From positions 23,311,504-23,375,503 of the forward strand of contig OZ037765.1 of the NCBI GenBank assembly GCA_964035545.1: a DNA stretch of 64,000 nucleotides, in the 5' to 3' direction. Below, in pieces: positions 26,440 through 40,600 of this stretch (position 1 is the stretch's first letter; each line of letters starts with the position of its first letter). A program made the position numbers and the translations under genes. Source of the stretch: Bugula neritina (lineage: Eukaryota; Animalia; Bryozoa). The notes beneath the pieces were generated by a model. That model saw only the letters and a list, made by a program, of their open reading frames with translations, was not told where the DNA came from and did no database searches.

Positions 26440-27534
26440 TATATATTTAAGGCATGCCTTTTTATAAAATTATGCATGTAGCACCTATAATACATCATTA
26501 ACACTAAAAGTATAATTGAATACATAGTAAAATGTAAAAACAGTTGTTACATGATGATATTTTTTTCCTTTCAAAACAATTAGATTTTTAGTCAATGAAC
26601 TGCAATGTGTGTGTTTGTATAATCATTTATTTGCACTTTCACTAATCTGTTTCTTATACAAGCCATCACTACGCCTTAACCGTGAAAAGACACCCAAAGT
26701 CTGAAGCTTGAAAACAAAATTTTGAGTGAACGAATGTATAATCTAAAGATGGCTTGGAAAGATTTGAAAATAATGTTTGTGTTTAAACAACGTGCAAATA
26801 GAAATATATACTGATGCTAAAAGTAAATAGTTAATTTATAGCCAATACTTGTCAATATTCCAAGTTTTATATTATATTACATCTTTATTAATATGATGTA
26901 TATTTTTGTTTATATCCAAACCGTTTTAATTGGGTGAATTATTCACAATTATTTATTGAACTTATTTTAGATAATTTAAATTGAAAAATTATTCTTTTCT
27001 ATAGGTTACACATGCAGGTTTTTCTTTTTTATTTTTTGAGTAAATTAGCAAGATTTGTTGCTCGTTTAATAATTTGCATATAGGCCTATATAATAAAAGT
27101 TTCAAGATATGATTTAAACAAATATTTCAAAAATATTTATATTATATGTAAACATTTGAGTAAGTTTTCATAAATCAAGGTGTAATTATGTTTTTATAAT
27201 TAATTTTTTATAATTATCACTTAAAATTTCTCAGTAATACAATCAACATATGTAACTCACAATATCAAAATACTATTTATTTATTATTACAGTGTTTGTA
27301 AAATGTTCTTATGATTGTATATTTGCTAACATTGCTAGAGTTTGAAAAGTTACGTTGTGGTACCATGTTATTTCACAAAGTTTGAAATTAACACTGGACA
27401 CAGCTCATGGCTTCATGCAAGACATTAAAGCAACAGTCATATATATAGTTGTTTAAAAAATGTTTCCACAGCCGTTGTCAGAAAATTAAAACATGTGTAT
27501 CTATACACTCACTCACTCAGGCAAGTTTATAGTC

Positions 27535-27722
27535 ACCATCTCTGTGAGAAAACCCCTGATGGAAGGGTTTTTGTTATATTGGGCTAAAAAGTTATTCAGA
27601 TGAAGCACAGTAGCAATTATCACTGAATGCTATTCCTCACATCACCAATGGCTTTTGTCGGGTTCGAACCCATGACTTCAAGCTTGCTAGGCAAACGCTC
27701 TAACCCCTAGACCACGGCTGCT
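27535..27722 (-). mobile_element. tRNA-derived SINE
   Basis: Minus-strand head AGCAGCCGTGGTCTAGGGGTTAGAGCG...GGTTCGAACCC (Pol III A and B boxes) followed by a non-tRNA body. Related copies lie at 45625 and 62075. Confidence 0.75.
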
Positions 27723-27752
27723 TCTTAAATGAAGATTCTCTACATTTTTAAT

Positions 27753-28167
27753 TGTAATGGTTTTTAGAGTTGCCCTCTCATCATATCTTATTTTTATCTT
27801 TATTCTTATTCTTATAATTTACGACTGCTCGACTTTTCAGGTTTTTGTGTTGTTTGTGTAAATTAGTTGCGACCAAAGTTCGGATTGTCGGTGCCCGAAT
27901 TACCGACTGTCGGTTATTCGGAACTCCGACATTCCGAACTTTGGCCGACCATCGGTCAAAGCTTCTAAAATAGGCCTTTGTGTTAGTATATAAGGAAGCC
28001 AATTTCCAGCAGTAAATCGGTTGATAACTGGAGCTCTTATAATAAGGATCTAATAGCAGTACAATAAATACCACTTTACTAGCACTACACAATATTCTCT
28101 TATCAATCTCATTACACACAGAGTTATGTTCTCTGCCTGATTTATTCCATACCCACAGGTTACTACA
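27753..28167 (+). mobile_element. Probable solo LTR
   Basis: TGTAATGG...TACTACA with a U3-like block of TCGG/CCGA repeats, TATATAA (27987) and AATAAA (28063). No clean TSD was seen. Confidence 0.55.
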
Positions 28168-28639
28168 ATGTTACTGTTGACTCACAAAATTTTGCCAATG
28201 CTGTCCAACATCTATGTAACATTCATTTAACTATATTAAATATACAAATATTAAATATATATTTTATTCATGAAATGCTGGCAAAATGTTTTTATAGCAT
28301 TATTACAAAATGGTAAATCCCTGACAACAAAGGTGTCTACATTTTGACATCTAAATCATGTTGACTACAACAATTCTCTAAAAGATTTGCCAGCAAATAT
28401 ATAAGAATAAATATAGTAACTTTTTTTTGTTAGTTGGGTATATATTGCTCTAAATATTGTCAACAGTTTTTGGTTTTTTATGACGTCTTGCCTTTTAGTT
28501 GTCTACGCATATCAGCTTAACTAGCAAAACTCAAAGGCAAAGAAGTAACTGTTCAGTTGTACATGTACATACATAACATTCAGAGCTATCATTCAACTTT
28601 TTCATATTAACTTGGCTTCTGATATCTTGGCTCATGTTT

Positions 28640-31008
28640 TGTCAACAGAGCCACCACCCACGTGCTGGGTGAAGGCGGGGACCCCCTACTATGGCAGCCG
28701 AGGAACCACTGGCACCCTCAAGCCCTGCTCCAATTGAGACGAGCCAACGGTTCCGAAGACCCCCTAGATACCTGGCAGATTATGCTGTAGGGCATCTGGA
28801 GTTACCCCCTCATGATGATAGCCCACCCAGTACTGATGACCACCCCATCTTGGTCGGATATTCCCTCCATTTCCCCGGAGAATTCCACCAAGAAGAAAAA
28901 GTTCCGAGCCGAATTTCGGAAGACATGCGATCGCACAAGTTGTCTCTTCGAAATCCGGTGGAAATTCCCATGGGTCACGCGACTCGGGCTTTGGCAGGTA
29001 ACAATTCTGAAGCACGAGGTTTGGCCATTTCTACTTCTGACATCACTCAGTTAACACGCGATTTAAAAGTTGAACTGAATTCTAACTTTGTTACTTTAAA
29101 AGTTAATTTGAATTCTATCATTCAGACGCTATCAGCAGTTATGGGGATTACATTGCCAGATACTCAAACAGGTACTTTTTTAAGGCTAGATCCTCCAAAT
29201 ACGGAGTCTAGCCGAACTAATATAGATTGGTCAGTATTAGACTCACTGGGACCTGATTTCTTAGAACCAGAGGCCAAGATGGATTTCGGAGACGACTCTG
29301 CCCTCGATTTCTTGTTATATCAAGACGTGGGCTCGGTCACTCTCTGCGACTCTTCTCGGCCCTCAGTTTATAACTTGGCTCCATATAAACACATGCCGAA
29401 TTTCGGCGACAGTGAGAACGGCTTATTACAGTCTCTACTATCTGTTTCAGAAGAGCGTATCGATACCGAGGAGGTTAGTCGACCCGACTCCCCTTCCCCA
29501 CCGGCTCCTGTTCCGGCTTTCCACAGCCAGCAGGACGTCACTCCCTCTTCCGAAGTGTGTTCCGCCAGCGTTAGTGGCCCTGACCCCAAACCGCTTGAGC
29601 TCCAGCTCGCAGCCGGGAAGGTGCAGGGCATCCTACACGGCGACCACCCCGCAGGAGAAGAAGATTCCCCAATACTAGCCCTGCCTCGGGCCCTGGTCGC
29701 CCGCCAGTATTGGATATCTGGAGCCACCAATCTTAAGATTGGTCAAGCATGCGGTGAGCCAGGCAACCGCATCTGCCACCAGTGCCAGAGGAGATTCTCC
29801 TCTGCACGGCGTTTGCGAGTGCACACCCTTCAGCACTACATCAACGTGTTCTGCCCGTGTGGTGAGTTTTCTTACCAGCGGGACTATGTGCTAAGACACC
29901 AGCGCATATCTCGCTGTCACACGGGTTACACATTTGCTGTAGACCAGGCTACCTTTCCCGAGTTTCAGGACCTGGTGTTGCCACACGTGGCTGATCCCCG
30001 TAAACGGGCTGCTCTCGCCCTGGGATTTTCCGCGTGTCGGCCTGTGCAAGAAGAAGAGGGGGAGCCGGTCGCGACACCCCAACCGGCAGCCACCCAAACC
30101 ACTTCGGGTCGTGCTGGCACAAGTCGGATCAGGCGCCAGGGCTGATTCCTCAGACCTGGGCCCCCGACCCTCGGCGACGGGCAAGAAGCAGAGGCGACGG
30201 ACTAGCCATAGTGCCACTGACCGCCCCAGACATCAGACGTCGGCCCAGCTAGAGGAAGAGGTGCGACACCTACGCAGACGGCTACGCAGATACAAAGAAG
30301 AACTAGGGCAGCTGAGGAGGTGCGTGAGTCACCTGGAGCGGAGCCAAGCTGGTGACCGACCATGAGCGTCACAACCACCTGACAATGGGGGCGGGTGCAT
30401 GTAGTAGTGTGTATATGTATTGTTTTTGTTTTTTTATTCAGGTGTGTACCAAAGTTTTTTTTGCTTTTGTTTTCTCGCTGCATGCTACCATATATTTGTT
30501 TTTTTCTTTTTTTCTTGTCACTTGTTAAATGTGTGTCGTCGCGTCGTGTGTGTTTATATTGTGTGTGTTGTTTTTTTCTTTTTGTTATATATATTTGTGT
30601 ACGCCTCTTTATTGGAAAGCATGCTTTCCGATGGGGGGTGTGTGTGGTAGATTTATGTTGTGTGTGTGTGTGTCCTTAGTTGCCGAGATCGGCATTTCGG
30701 TACCCTGAAACACCGATATGCCGAGAATCGGCATATCGGACTACCGAAGTGCCGAGATGCCATTTCGGCATTTCGGATTCTCGAAGTGCCGATATTCGGC
30801 ATTTCGGGTCTCCGATCTTGGCAACAAAGGAATTATGTCTTTGTCCAGTGTGTATATAAAAGCCAGCGAGTTCCAGTATAGTTCAGTCTACTACTGGAGC
30901 TGGCTAGATGAAGACCTACCATACTTATCTACCTAATAAAGTTATCATCTCTTACACCTGATTTCTCGACTTATTCTGCACAACAAGTATGCAAGGCAAC
31001 TAGCTACA
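28640..31008 (+). mobile_element. 5'-truncated LTR (Gypsy-like) retrotransposon 3' portion with accessory ORF; 3' LTR 30643-31008
   Basis: GC-rich island starting with the Pol-end motif QRFRRPPRYLADY. Palindrome GGAAAGCATGCTTTCC and PPT GATGGGGGG precede TGTGGTAG...GCTACA, which contains TATATAAA and AATAAA. Confidence 0.75.
28691..30365 (+). CDS. Retroelement-borne ORF: Pol tail, zinc-finger-like region and C-terminal coiled coil (484 aa plus a frameshifted 84-aa tail)
   Basis: CHQCQRRFSSARRLRVHTLQH (C2H2-like) and CPCGEFSYQRDYVLRHQRISRCH. ORF 30111-30365 (LEEEVRHLRRRLRRYKEELGQLRRCVSHLE) continues after a frameshift near 30097. Confidence 0.6.
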
Positions 31009-31733
31009 TTCAAACCCACAGTTTTATCGCAATACACGTATATACAAGCATGATTAGTGTTATCTTTGGAAATTATTATCAGCCAGTGAGCACAGTGACT
31101 TTGAATATACACCTTTACTTTCCATTTCAGTAAATAATTTTTAACCATATGCGATTACAAGGTTGAGAGACATTATATGGCGCAAGTAAGGCCGTGGGTT
31201 TTATATTCCCACAGACTCCGTAGTAGAATCCTGTACATTAAAAGTGACATCAACTTTGCTTAAACCTAAAAAGATATCGCAAAGTTTATGATGAAACTTT
31301 AAAAGTTTAACGTTACTAGAGTAAACACTTTGCACACATATGTTTACTATATTGTACATTTCGAAACCCAGAAAAACACATGCATTATATGCTAATTTGC
31401 CCAATAAACCAACATTATACGATATTCTTATATTCTATGACGTAGTTTTTCTCAGTACTGACTTGACCACCACTGCTGAACTTTGCACTAATTATATCTG
31501 TAAATACCGGTAGTGGTGTGGCACTATAATATATTCAAAGCTTTTTCTGCAGGTTTTAGCATGTTAATTTCACTTAAAGGCTAGAAGCGTAGCCTATAAG
31601 CATTTTATATCTTACTGTAACTAATTGTGCGCTTGTTCAAATTGAGATATATAACCTATTTTGTCCATTAGTAAATGAAATGCATATGCATGCTATAAGT
31701 TTCCCATAGTGTTATGTCCTTTCAAATTTATTT

Positions 31734-31785
31734 CTTAAGATTATAGTATTGTATAGTATATACTATACAATACCATAATCTTAAG
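31734..31785. repeat. 52-bp near-perfect palindrome
   Basis: CTTAAGATTATAGTATTGTATAGTATATACTATACAATACCATAATCTTAAG; one mismatched pair, no loop. Confidence 0.9.
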
Positions 31786-34700
31786 TTTTTTTAGCAACTT
31801 ATCTGAACTGTATTGATTGGTGTTAGCCGTTAGATTTGCTACAGCTTTCATTTTTACAGAAAGTTAAGTGTCATCTACTCCAGCCACTACTTTTCCCTTA
31901 ATAACTTTTTTCAAAGAGCACCAATATATAATCATTTAACACTCCGCTATTAAACTATTTTTAAATATGTGTTAACATTTTCTTTCTTAACAACAATACT
32001 ATACTTCTAGCATATGGAAGTATTCATCAAATGCTCTCAACAACTGCTGTTGTGATTTTTCTTACACAGTTAGTTTAAGGTCATTACTTTCCAGATTCAT
32101 GCACTGCTTTATGTTATATATAAACGGTTTCCAGGGGATAGCTCGAACAGTTTTTGTCTCACATTAACAAATTTTACATGAAAAGATAGCTCTTGCATTC
32201 CTCTTTCATATACTTTTTTAATTTTTCAATAAAAAATTTTCTGAGAAAGTTGTTGCATAATAAGTAAAATTTTACACCCTCCATGTTCCACTGCTGTAGC
32301 ACAGGGGATTCATTTTATAAAGTCTAAAAGTTAAACTTGACATTCCTTGATATGTTTTCTCTAATATACTTTCTTTGTTTTTTGAAATTCTGTTTATGCT
32401 CTTCACAATTTGGTAAAAACATACACCATTTTGCAAGTTTCACTGCAATTTTCTAAATTCTTCATATGGTGGTTCTAGCTACGCTCCTGTGACTAATTAT
32501 AACATTCCTAGTACGTTTGCCGCTCTGCGCTATCACAATAACATATAGTACCCTCTCGCACAAATTGGCAATCTATTGGATTTCTGCCAATATAATGTTC
32601 CCTGTTTTACATTAGCACTTAGCTGAATCATCTCACTATGTTACAATAATATATTGAAAATGCCTCAGCACAACATAATTCTTTGTTTGTTTGGCAGAGT
32701 TAATTTCAGCTAAATCACTTCACTTTGCAGTCTTGTCAGTAAAGGTCTGTCTATAGCGCAGCAGGTGTATACTTTCAGTTTCTCTAATTCACATATGATT
32801 ATTTTAAGTACATTGTATTTTATAAGATCAATTTAAGGTTTAGTCTAGTGTTCAGTATCTAATTATTATGCATGTATGTTGTCTTACTGTTGAACAAAAG
32901 TTAAAAAAAAACTTTACAATTATAGCCATATTTATTATACATGCGTAGGATTTGCATAAGTTGACAAAAAAAATTGCGACAAAACAGGGTTGAACCATAA
33001 CCAACTAAGTCCTCGGCTGACGCCTCTAACCTCTGGACCACGCAGTCATGCTTCTAAAACGTGCAATATTTGAGTCACTATTATTACATAAATATTTCGC
33101 GCGCAAATGGGTTATAATTATTAGGCTGTCAATTCATGTTGATAGCAGTCAAAGCAAATGGTTTTGAACAAATAACCCAAAAGTTTAAAAATAAGTAGCT
33201 TGCGTATTACTAGCTACAAAAACAGGTCTGAAATAGACTGGTAAAGCAAGCTCTTATTGTAGAGTTTGCAGATGTGCTCTAAAATAAAACTTAAACTGTA
33301 TGCTGTTACATAAGTATTTGTATGCGAGAGATAAATGGACATTACTGAGTTTCTGGAAAACAACATACTTGAAGTTAACTTTGACAATGGTGTGTTATTT
33401 TCATCATAGCTAGCCTATAGCATAAATCTCTAATCATATGAATCTTTATGAAGCCCACAGCTCATGTAAGGGTGGCAATGTAATTTGAAATGAACAATTA
33501 TGTTGCTGCATTGTGTCTAAGGTATATTAGAGAGCAGAATTTGGTTTTACTAGCCTACCCCAACGGCATTCTACAATGCAGCTTATATGCTGGCAGTTGT
33601 AATAAGTACTGCCAATAGCAAGGTTACTATCACTGCTAGCTCTGTGCAGCATGTAACCTCTTGAATAATTGCGCCAATTTTAAACTCTTGGAAGTTGGCC
33701 AAGTTATCATATCGCAGCCAGCCACCGGAGACAAAGCATCAGAGCTATTCATATAATATTATACTGATGCACTTGGTAGCAGAGTGGCTAATCTAATATA
33801 GTTCATAGTTCAACACCCTTTACTTTGGGAATACAGCCTCTTTTTTTAGGTTTACCTAACAAAGCATGAAAATATCTAAACTAATATTCTGATAATTTAG
33901 AGGTACATTTTGAAAACTAGGTTAATTGCACTTGTTTGCGCAACAACAATAATAAAATAGATATTATGCAGTATAATAAAAACACACATAATACTATATA
34001 ATATATTATAATGATAATAATATAATATTATAAGTACCATTACTGCATTTTATAAATCACATGGTTGCCAAAAAAATGTATCACAAATTTTGTAATTATA
34101 CATCAAAAAGAGAACTAGCTAGGCAGCAGGTTAGAATAGAGTAAATTTTTAAAACATGAAATCATGATTTGACTATTGTTTTATTTAGGCCAACCAACCT
34201 AGGAATACAAGATTGGGTTTTAGCTGACAGTTTATAACATTTAGCTTTTGAGCCAGCAGCACTGGCACTTGTGAAGTATAGGCAAAGTTAGTGAAGCGAG
34301 ACTAACAAGCACTCAAATACAAGGCATATTATTGAGACACAATAACAAGTCAGGAGCGTATAAATTGAAAAGAATGTGGAAGGGGGACTATGTTTTTCAA
34401 CAAGCTATAACTTAAACATGAATTGGCTTTTGAAAAAAATAAAAAAGTATATTGGAGAACATGAGTTTCTTTATCTTTTCATATTTTTTTTGTTCCTGTG
34501 ACATTCAACCTGTTCGAGCTATCAGTGGAACATTGTTCATATAGAACATAAAGCACCTGGCAAAGAGCCAGAAAATGAAAAGTATGACCTTAAACCAACT
34601 GTGTAGTTTTACTTACCAGGAAAAGGTTCAAAAGAGCTGATATGTGTAAGTGTTGCTATAATTTAGACGACTTTTTGTTTTTGTTGATTTTGCATATTTA

Positions 34701-36165
34701 AAAGTTACTTATGTACACGTATATGTTTTTGTACAGCATGTAACTATTTTCTTATATAGAGTACAAGTCAAAGACAGAGCTTAATAAATCCAGAAGTTAG
34801 GAATATTGTTTTATGCTTGTTTCTATAATCAATCCACTAAACCATTCCTGCATATGGCACACTGACGGGCAAAATATGTTGGCACAAAACTTAAATTGTG
34901 GTTTGTGACACTTCCTGGAAATCACAAAATACATCATTGCATACAAAAATAAATAAATGTTTGGCACAGCTACAACTTTTTTTGAATTCAGAACAAAAGC
35001 AGTGGATTCAGAGATTAACTCTTGGCTTGATTCCTAAATATGTTTTCGAATATCCCCTGCAAACGGAATGCATTTTGACTTACACCACTGAAGTGTTATG
35101 TAACTATAAAAGAGGAAGCGATTACTAACGTCATAGTATTACAATGTAGTTGAATGCAGTGAACTAGTGAGTGCAGTATAGTAGAGAATGTTAAAGCAGC
35201 TAAAATAGTTAGATTGTTTTAACAGGTCAGCTGACCTGTTGCAGTTCAAGTAAGTTACCTAATTAGAGATATTACTGAAAATGGAATTTATTTTAAAATG
35301 TCTTATATATATGGGTTTTTGGGAAAAGATATTGATTTTGAGAAACTATTGCAATGCTTTATGTGAGTGCAACTAAAGCTAGTTATTAATGATCATAAAG
35401 TTAATTTTGAAACCTTATTTCATGATTTGTATTATAATTGGAGCTGAAACAAGATGTGGTTACGCCAACACAAATATTTTAAGTGTTTTGGGTGTGCACA
35501 GGGCTCGTTTTTTGCAACTTTGGGAGCCATATTATAGTTGAGCCTAAAATAAAGTGTGTTTTGACTGCATATTTGAATCAAAATGATAATCGGCTTATTT
35601 TATAATTGGCAGTTTAAATGTTGGAAGCTCTATGAGTTAGTAATAAGTGTTGCACCATTCATGCATAATGAAAATAGAAGTAAACAGTCTTTAAACTATT
35701 ATATCTGTAGTTGTTATAAAAGCCATGTCAGCCAAAGTAAATGCATATCAAAAAAATTTCATATTATTTTGAAAAAAAAAACAAGATATAACCAATAAAG
35801 GTTTTGGTGCTGATGTTATAAAATGTTACTTTCTGCAAAAGCCAATGGCAAGCTGCCCACAAGTAAATTAAAGATACTCATGCATGCAATATGTTTCCTG
35901 CGTGTCAAAATTTTCAGAAGCAAAATTAAAATCCTATAACACATGATTCAGGGACTTTGCTGAGCCATCTTTCAATTACGTAATGAATTGCATGTTTGTT
36001 GAGTTTCAATCTTAATTATTTTAGAAGCTTGCTCAAAAGTATAGCATCAGAATAAACTTGATTTTTGAATTTCGCAAAGAGTTGAATATATTCCTGGGAA
36101 AATATAACAATAAGAGTTATGTATACTTTAAGTTGAACAGTTTCTGCTTATAAAAACATATAACT

Positions 36166-38061
<1,896 letters not shown>

Positions 38062-40600
38062 ATTTTCAGTGATTTCTATTCGGTGAACTACCAGTGTATA
38101 TTATAGTTTAACAACACAGACTCAAGTGTAGAATACGGGGGGGGGAACTCTTTGGTTTTTATACTTTCTGCCAGCCAATCAAATTCAAATGTATCTGCCG
38201 TTGACGAATACAAATGAAGACATTATTTTCTTGAATATAAACTATTATATAAGGTTTCTACATGATATATTATGTTATAGTTGTCAGTAAACCACAAATG
38301 TGGCAACATATAAAGTACGTAATTTAGAATCAGTGTTTTATAAATAGTGTACAGCTGCACCAAGCATGCAAGTTTAAATATATGAGAAAAAAGGCAAAGA
38401 CTGCTTGAATGTAAAGTGAAGGAATAGATAAACATTACTTTCCTAATGCTTTGAAAAGTGCTTTTAAAATGAGCAACAAAACAATGAAAATATTGATAGG
38501 CTAAATATTCATTTTACTAATCATTTCATAAACTTTTTCTGTTTAAAGTATAAGGAGTGCAAAACAAGGGTATTATATATTGTGAGCATTATTTTTGTTA
38601 TTATATATACAATGTCCGTGGTTCAATTATAATCAACACAAGACTCGGCAGTACTGCTATATATAATAACTGTTTTATTCTACAAAAACTGAACCATTTA
38701 TATTATAGGTAAGGTACAATCATAAATTATTATGAAGTAACATGAAGGTATTCTACTTGCAGCTGCAATTTCCTGCTGTTACAAACACATAGTAAAATAA
38801 CAAGTGTTGTGTATATACAGTGGGTGATTGTAACATTAGCACTACAAAGGGTGGCCACGGTAGTCTGAGAAACAGAATTAGATATACATATATATACCTA
38901 AACTAAATTCAAGACTTCCATACAAGGCAATAGTCTACAAGCATTCTAACTTTTTAGTTGTTGTTCACAGTTGACCTATAGTCCCACATATAACATTTAT
39001 AAGTTGTATTCAGGTTATTTATTACAACATTCTAAGAAGTTATATAAAAGTGAGTCATGCATATAGATTATATGTGTATATACCACCATGTTTTTATAAT
39101 AATATAATACATCGTTGCTAAGTTACTTATAGACCATCAAATATTGCTGCTTAAACATCGATATTTGAGGGTATATAAACCATAAATAGATAATACTTCA
39201 AAATTGGACACTCACTAGATAATGTTGAGGTTAAAGATATACAACTACTTTAAGTAGAATTATAGCAGTAATAGCTGTTAGTTCTGCAAGACACTTGGCC
39301 CAGAAGTTTTTTGCCTTCCACTTTGCAGAAATAGAGTCCGGTTATATACAGTTCATAGATCTATATTATAATATATTTTACAGTGGCAACTTGCTTGTTC
39401 CTATTAAAGGGAAACTAGCTATAAGCAACACAAAACATGATTAATATCTACGGTGAATTACACTAAATATGCAATATTTACCATGAACCCGGTTGACTAA
39501 AAATGGTTTTATCTTAGCAACAATACCATTAGTTGGAAAGACGCTATTATAATATAGTCATTTAGCAGCAGCAGTTTTTTTAAGTTTGTGCGAGAACATG
39601 GCTTCTTTTGTTACACTTTTATTCGAGAACACAGGCGCTTTTCAATTTTCCCTTTACTGCACCTATACTTCATTATAGTAGTGTAAAGCAACAGTGTTTA
39701 TGCATGGTACACCCATGTTGACCACTGTACATCAGCTGCATGGGGAAACGAGCTTTATTTGGGTCACCTTGTTTAGGCCCTTCAGTTAATTGTTTCGTTT
39801 TCCTAATTTTATAGTTTTTAATGATTGACCTCAAAAATTAGTCTATAATTAAATAGCCCATGAAATATAATGTGTGATAATTTTTTACTTTCTTCCCTAC
39901 TAACTAATATCATTATACTTATATGAGTGCTAATATTAAATTAATAATATAACTGTTGCAATTATGTAAGCTTTTATCTCCTTATCATTGTATGCATTGT
40001 TTCTTGAAGCAGCTTTTTACTATTTGAAAGAAAATCATATTTATAGAACTGAGAGCTTTATAAAAAAATACGGCTCCTTCGGCAAGAATTAATCAGTAAT
40101 TTTGAGTAATTTATTGAAAAAATTTCTTCTCTCTCTATAGACTATATAAATATAAATGCTATATTTGTCATTAACAAAAACTATAGTAGAGTAAAACCTG
40201 AGTGAAAGAAACTTTAGTCATATCAATAGATTTTATTCCAACTGTAATAACTTGAATATGATATATGATGAATGTTTAAGATTGGCTACACATGTGTTGT
40301 AATAACTTTGATCCACAAAACCCTTTAAAATGTTATATGTATTACTTATTGAAACAGCCTTTCCAACTCTATTTATTTGATTCTTTCATAAGCTCTTTTT
40401 AGACATTTTCAGATTACGTAAGCAATTGCATGTTTGTTGGGTTTCATGTCAAATATTGTATACCCAAAAGCATAATATGAACAAAGTTTTGGTGTTTTAA
40501 CTTTGCAAATTATGTAATTTATTGTTGAGAAAATACAACAATTAGAGTTATGTGAGCTAAATTAAACAACTTTCACTTATAAGATAAAAACCATCTGACT

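Noticed and set aside
27650-27722. tRNA gene
   Set aside because: It has A and B boxes but no proper acceptor stem, and continues into a body shared with other copies, so it is a SINE.
6047-28438. CCCAACTAACAA (6047) and TTGTTAGTTGGG (about 28427) as ends of one 22-kb composite transposon carrying genes A-C
   Set aside because: Only 12 bp match and the subterminal repeats differ; more likely these are two separate truncated MITEs.
30395-30679. Hydrophobic ORFs as an env or TM protein
   Set aside because: They derive from the TG/T-rich low-complexity 3' UTR of the retroelement.
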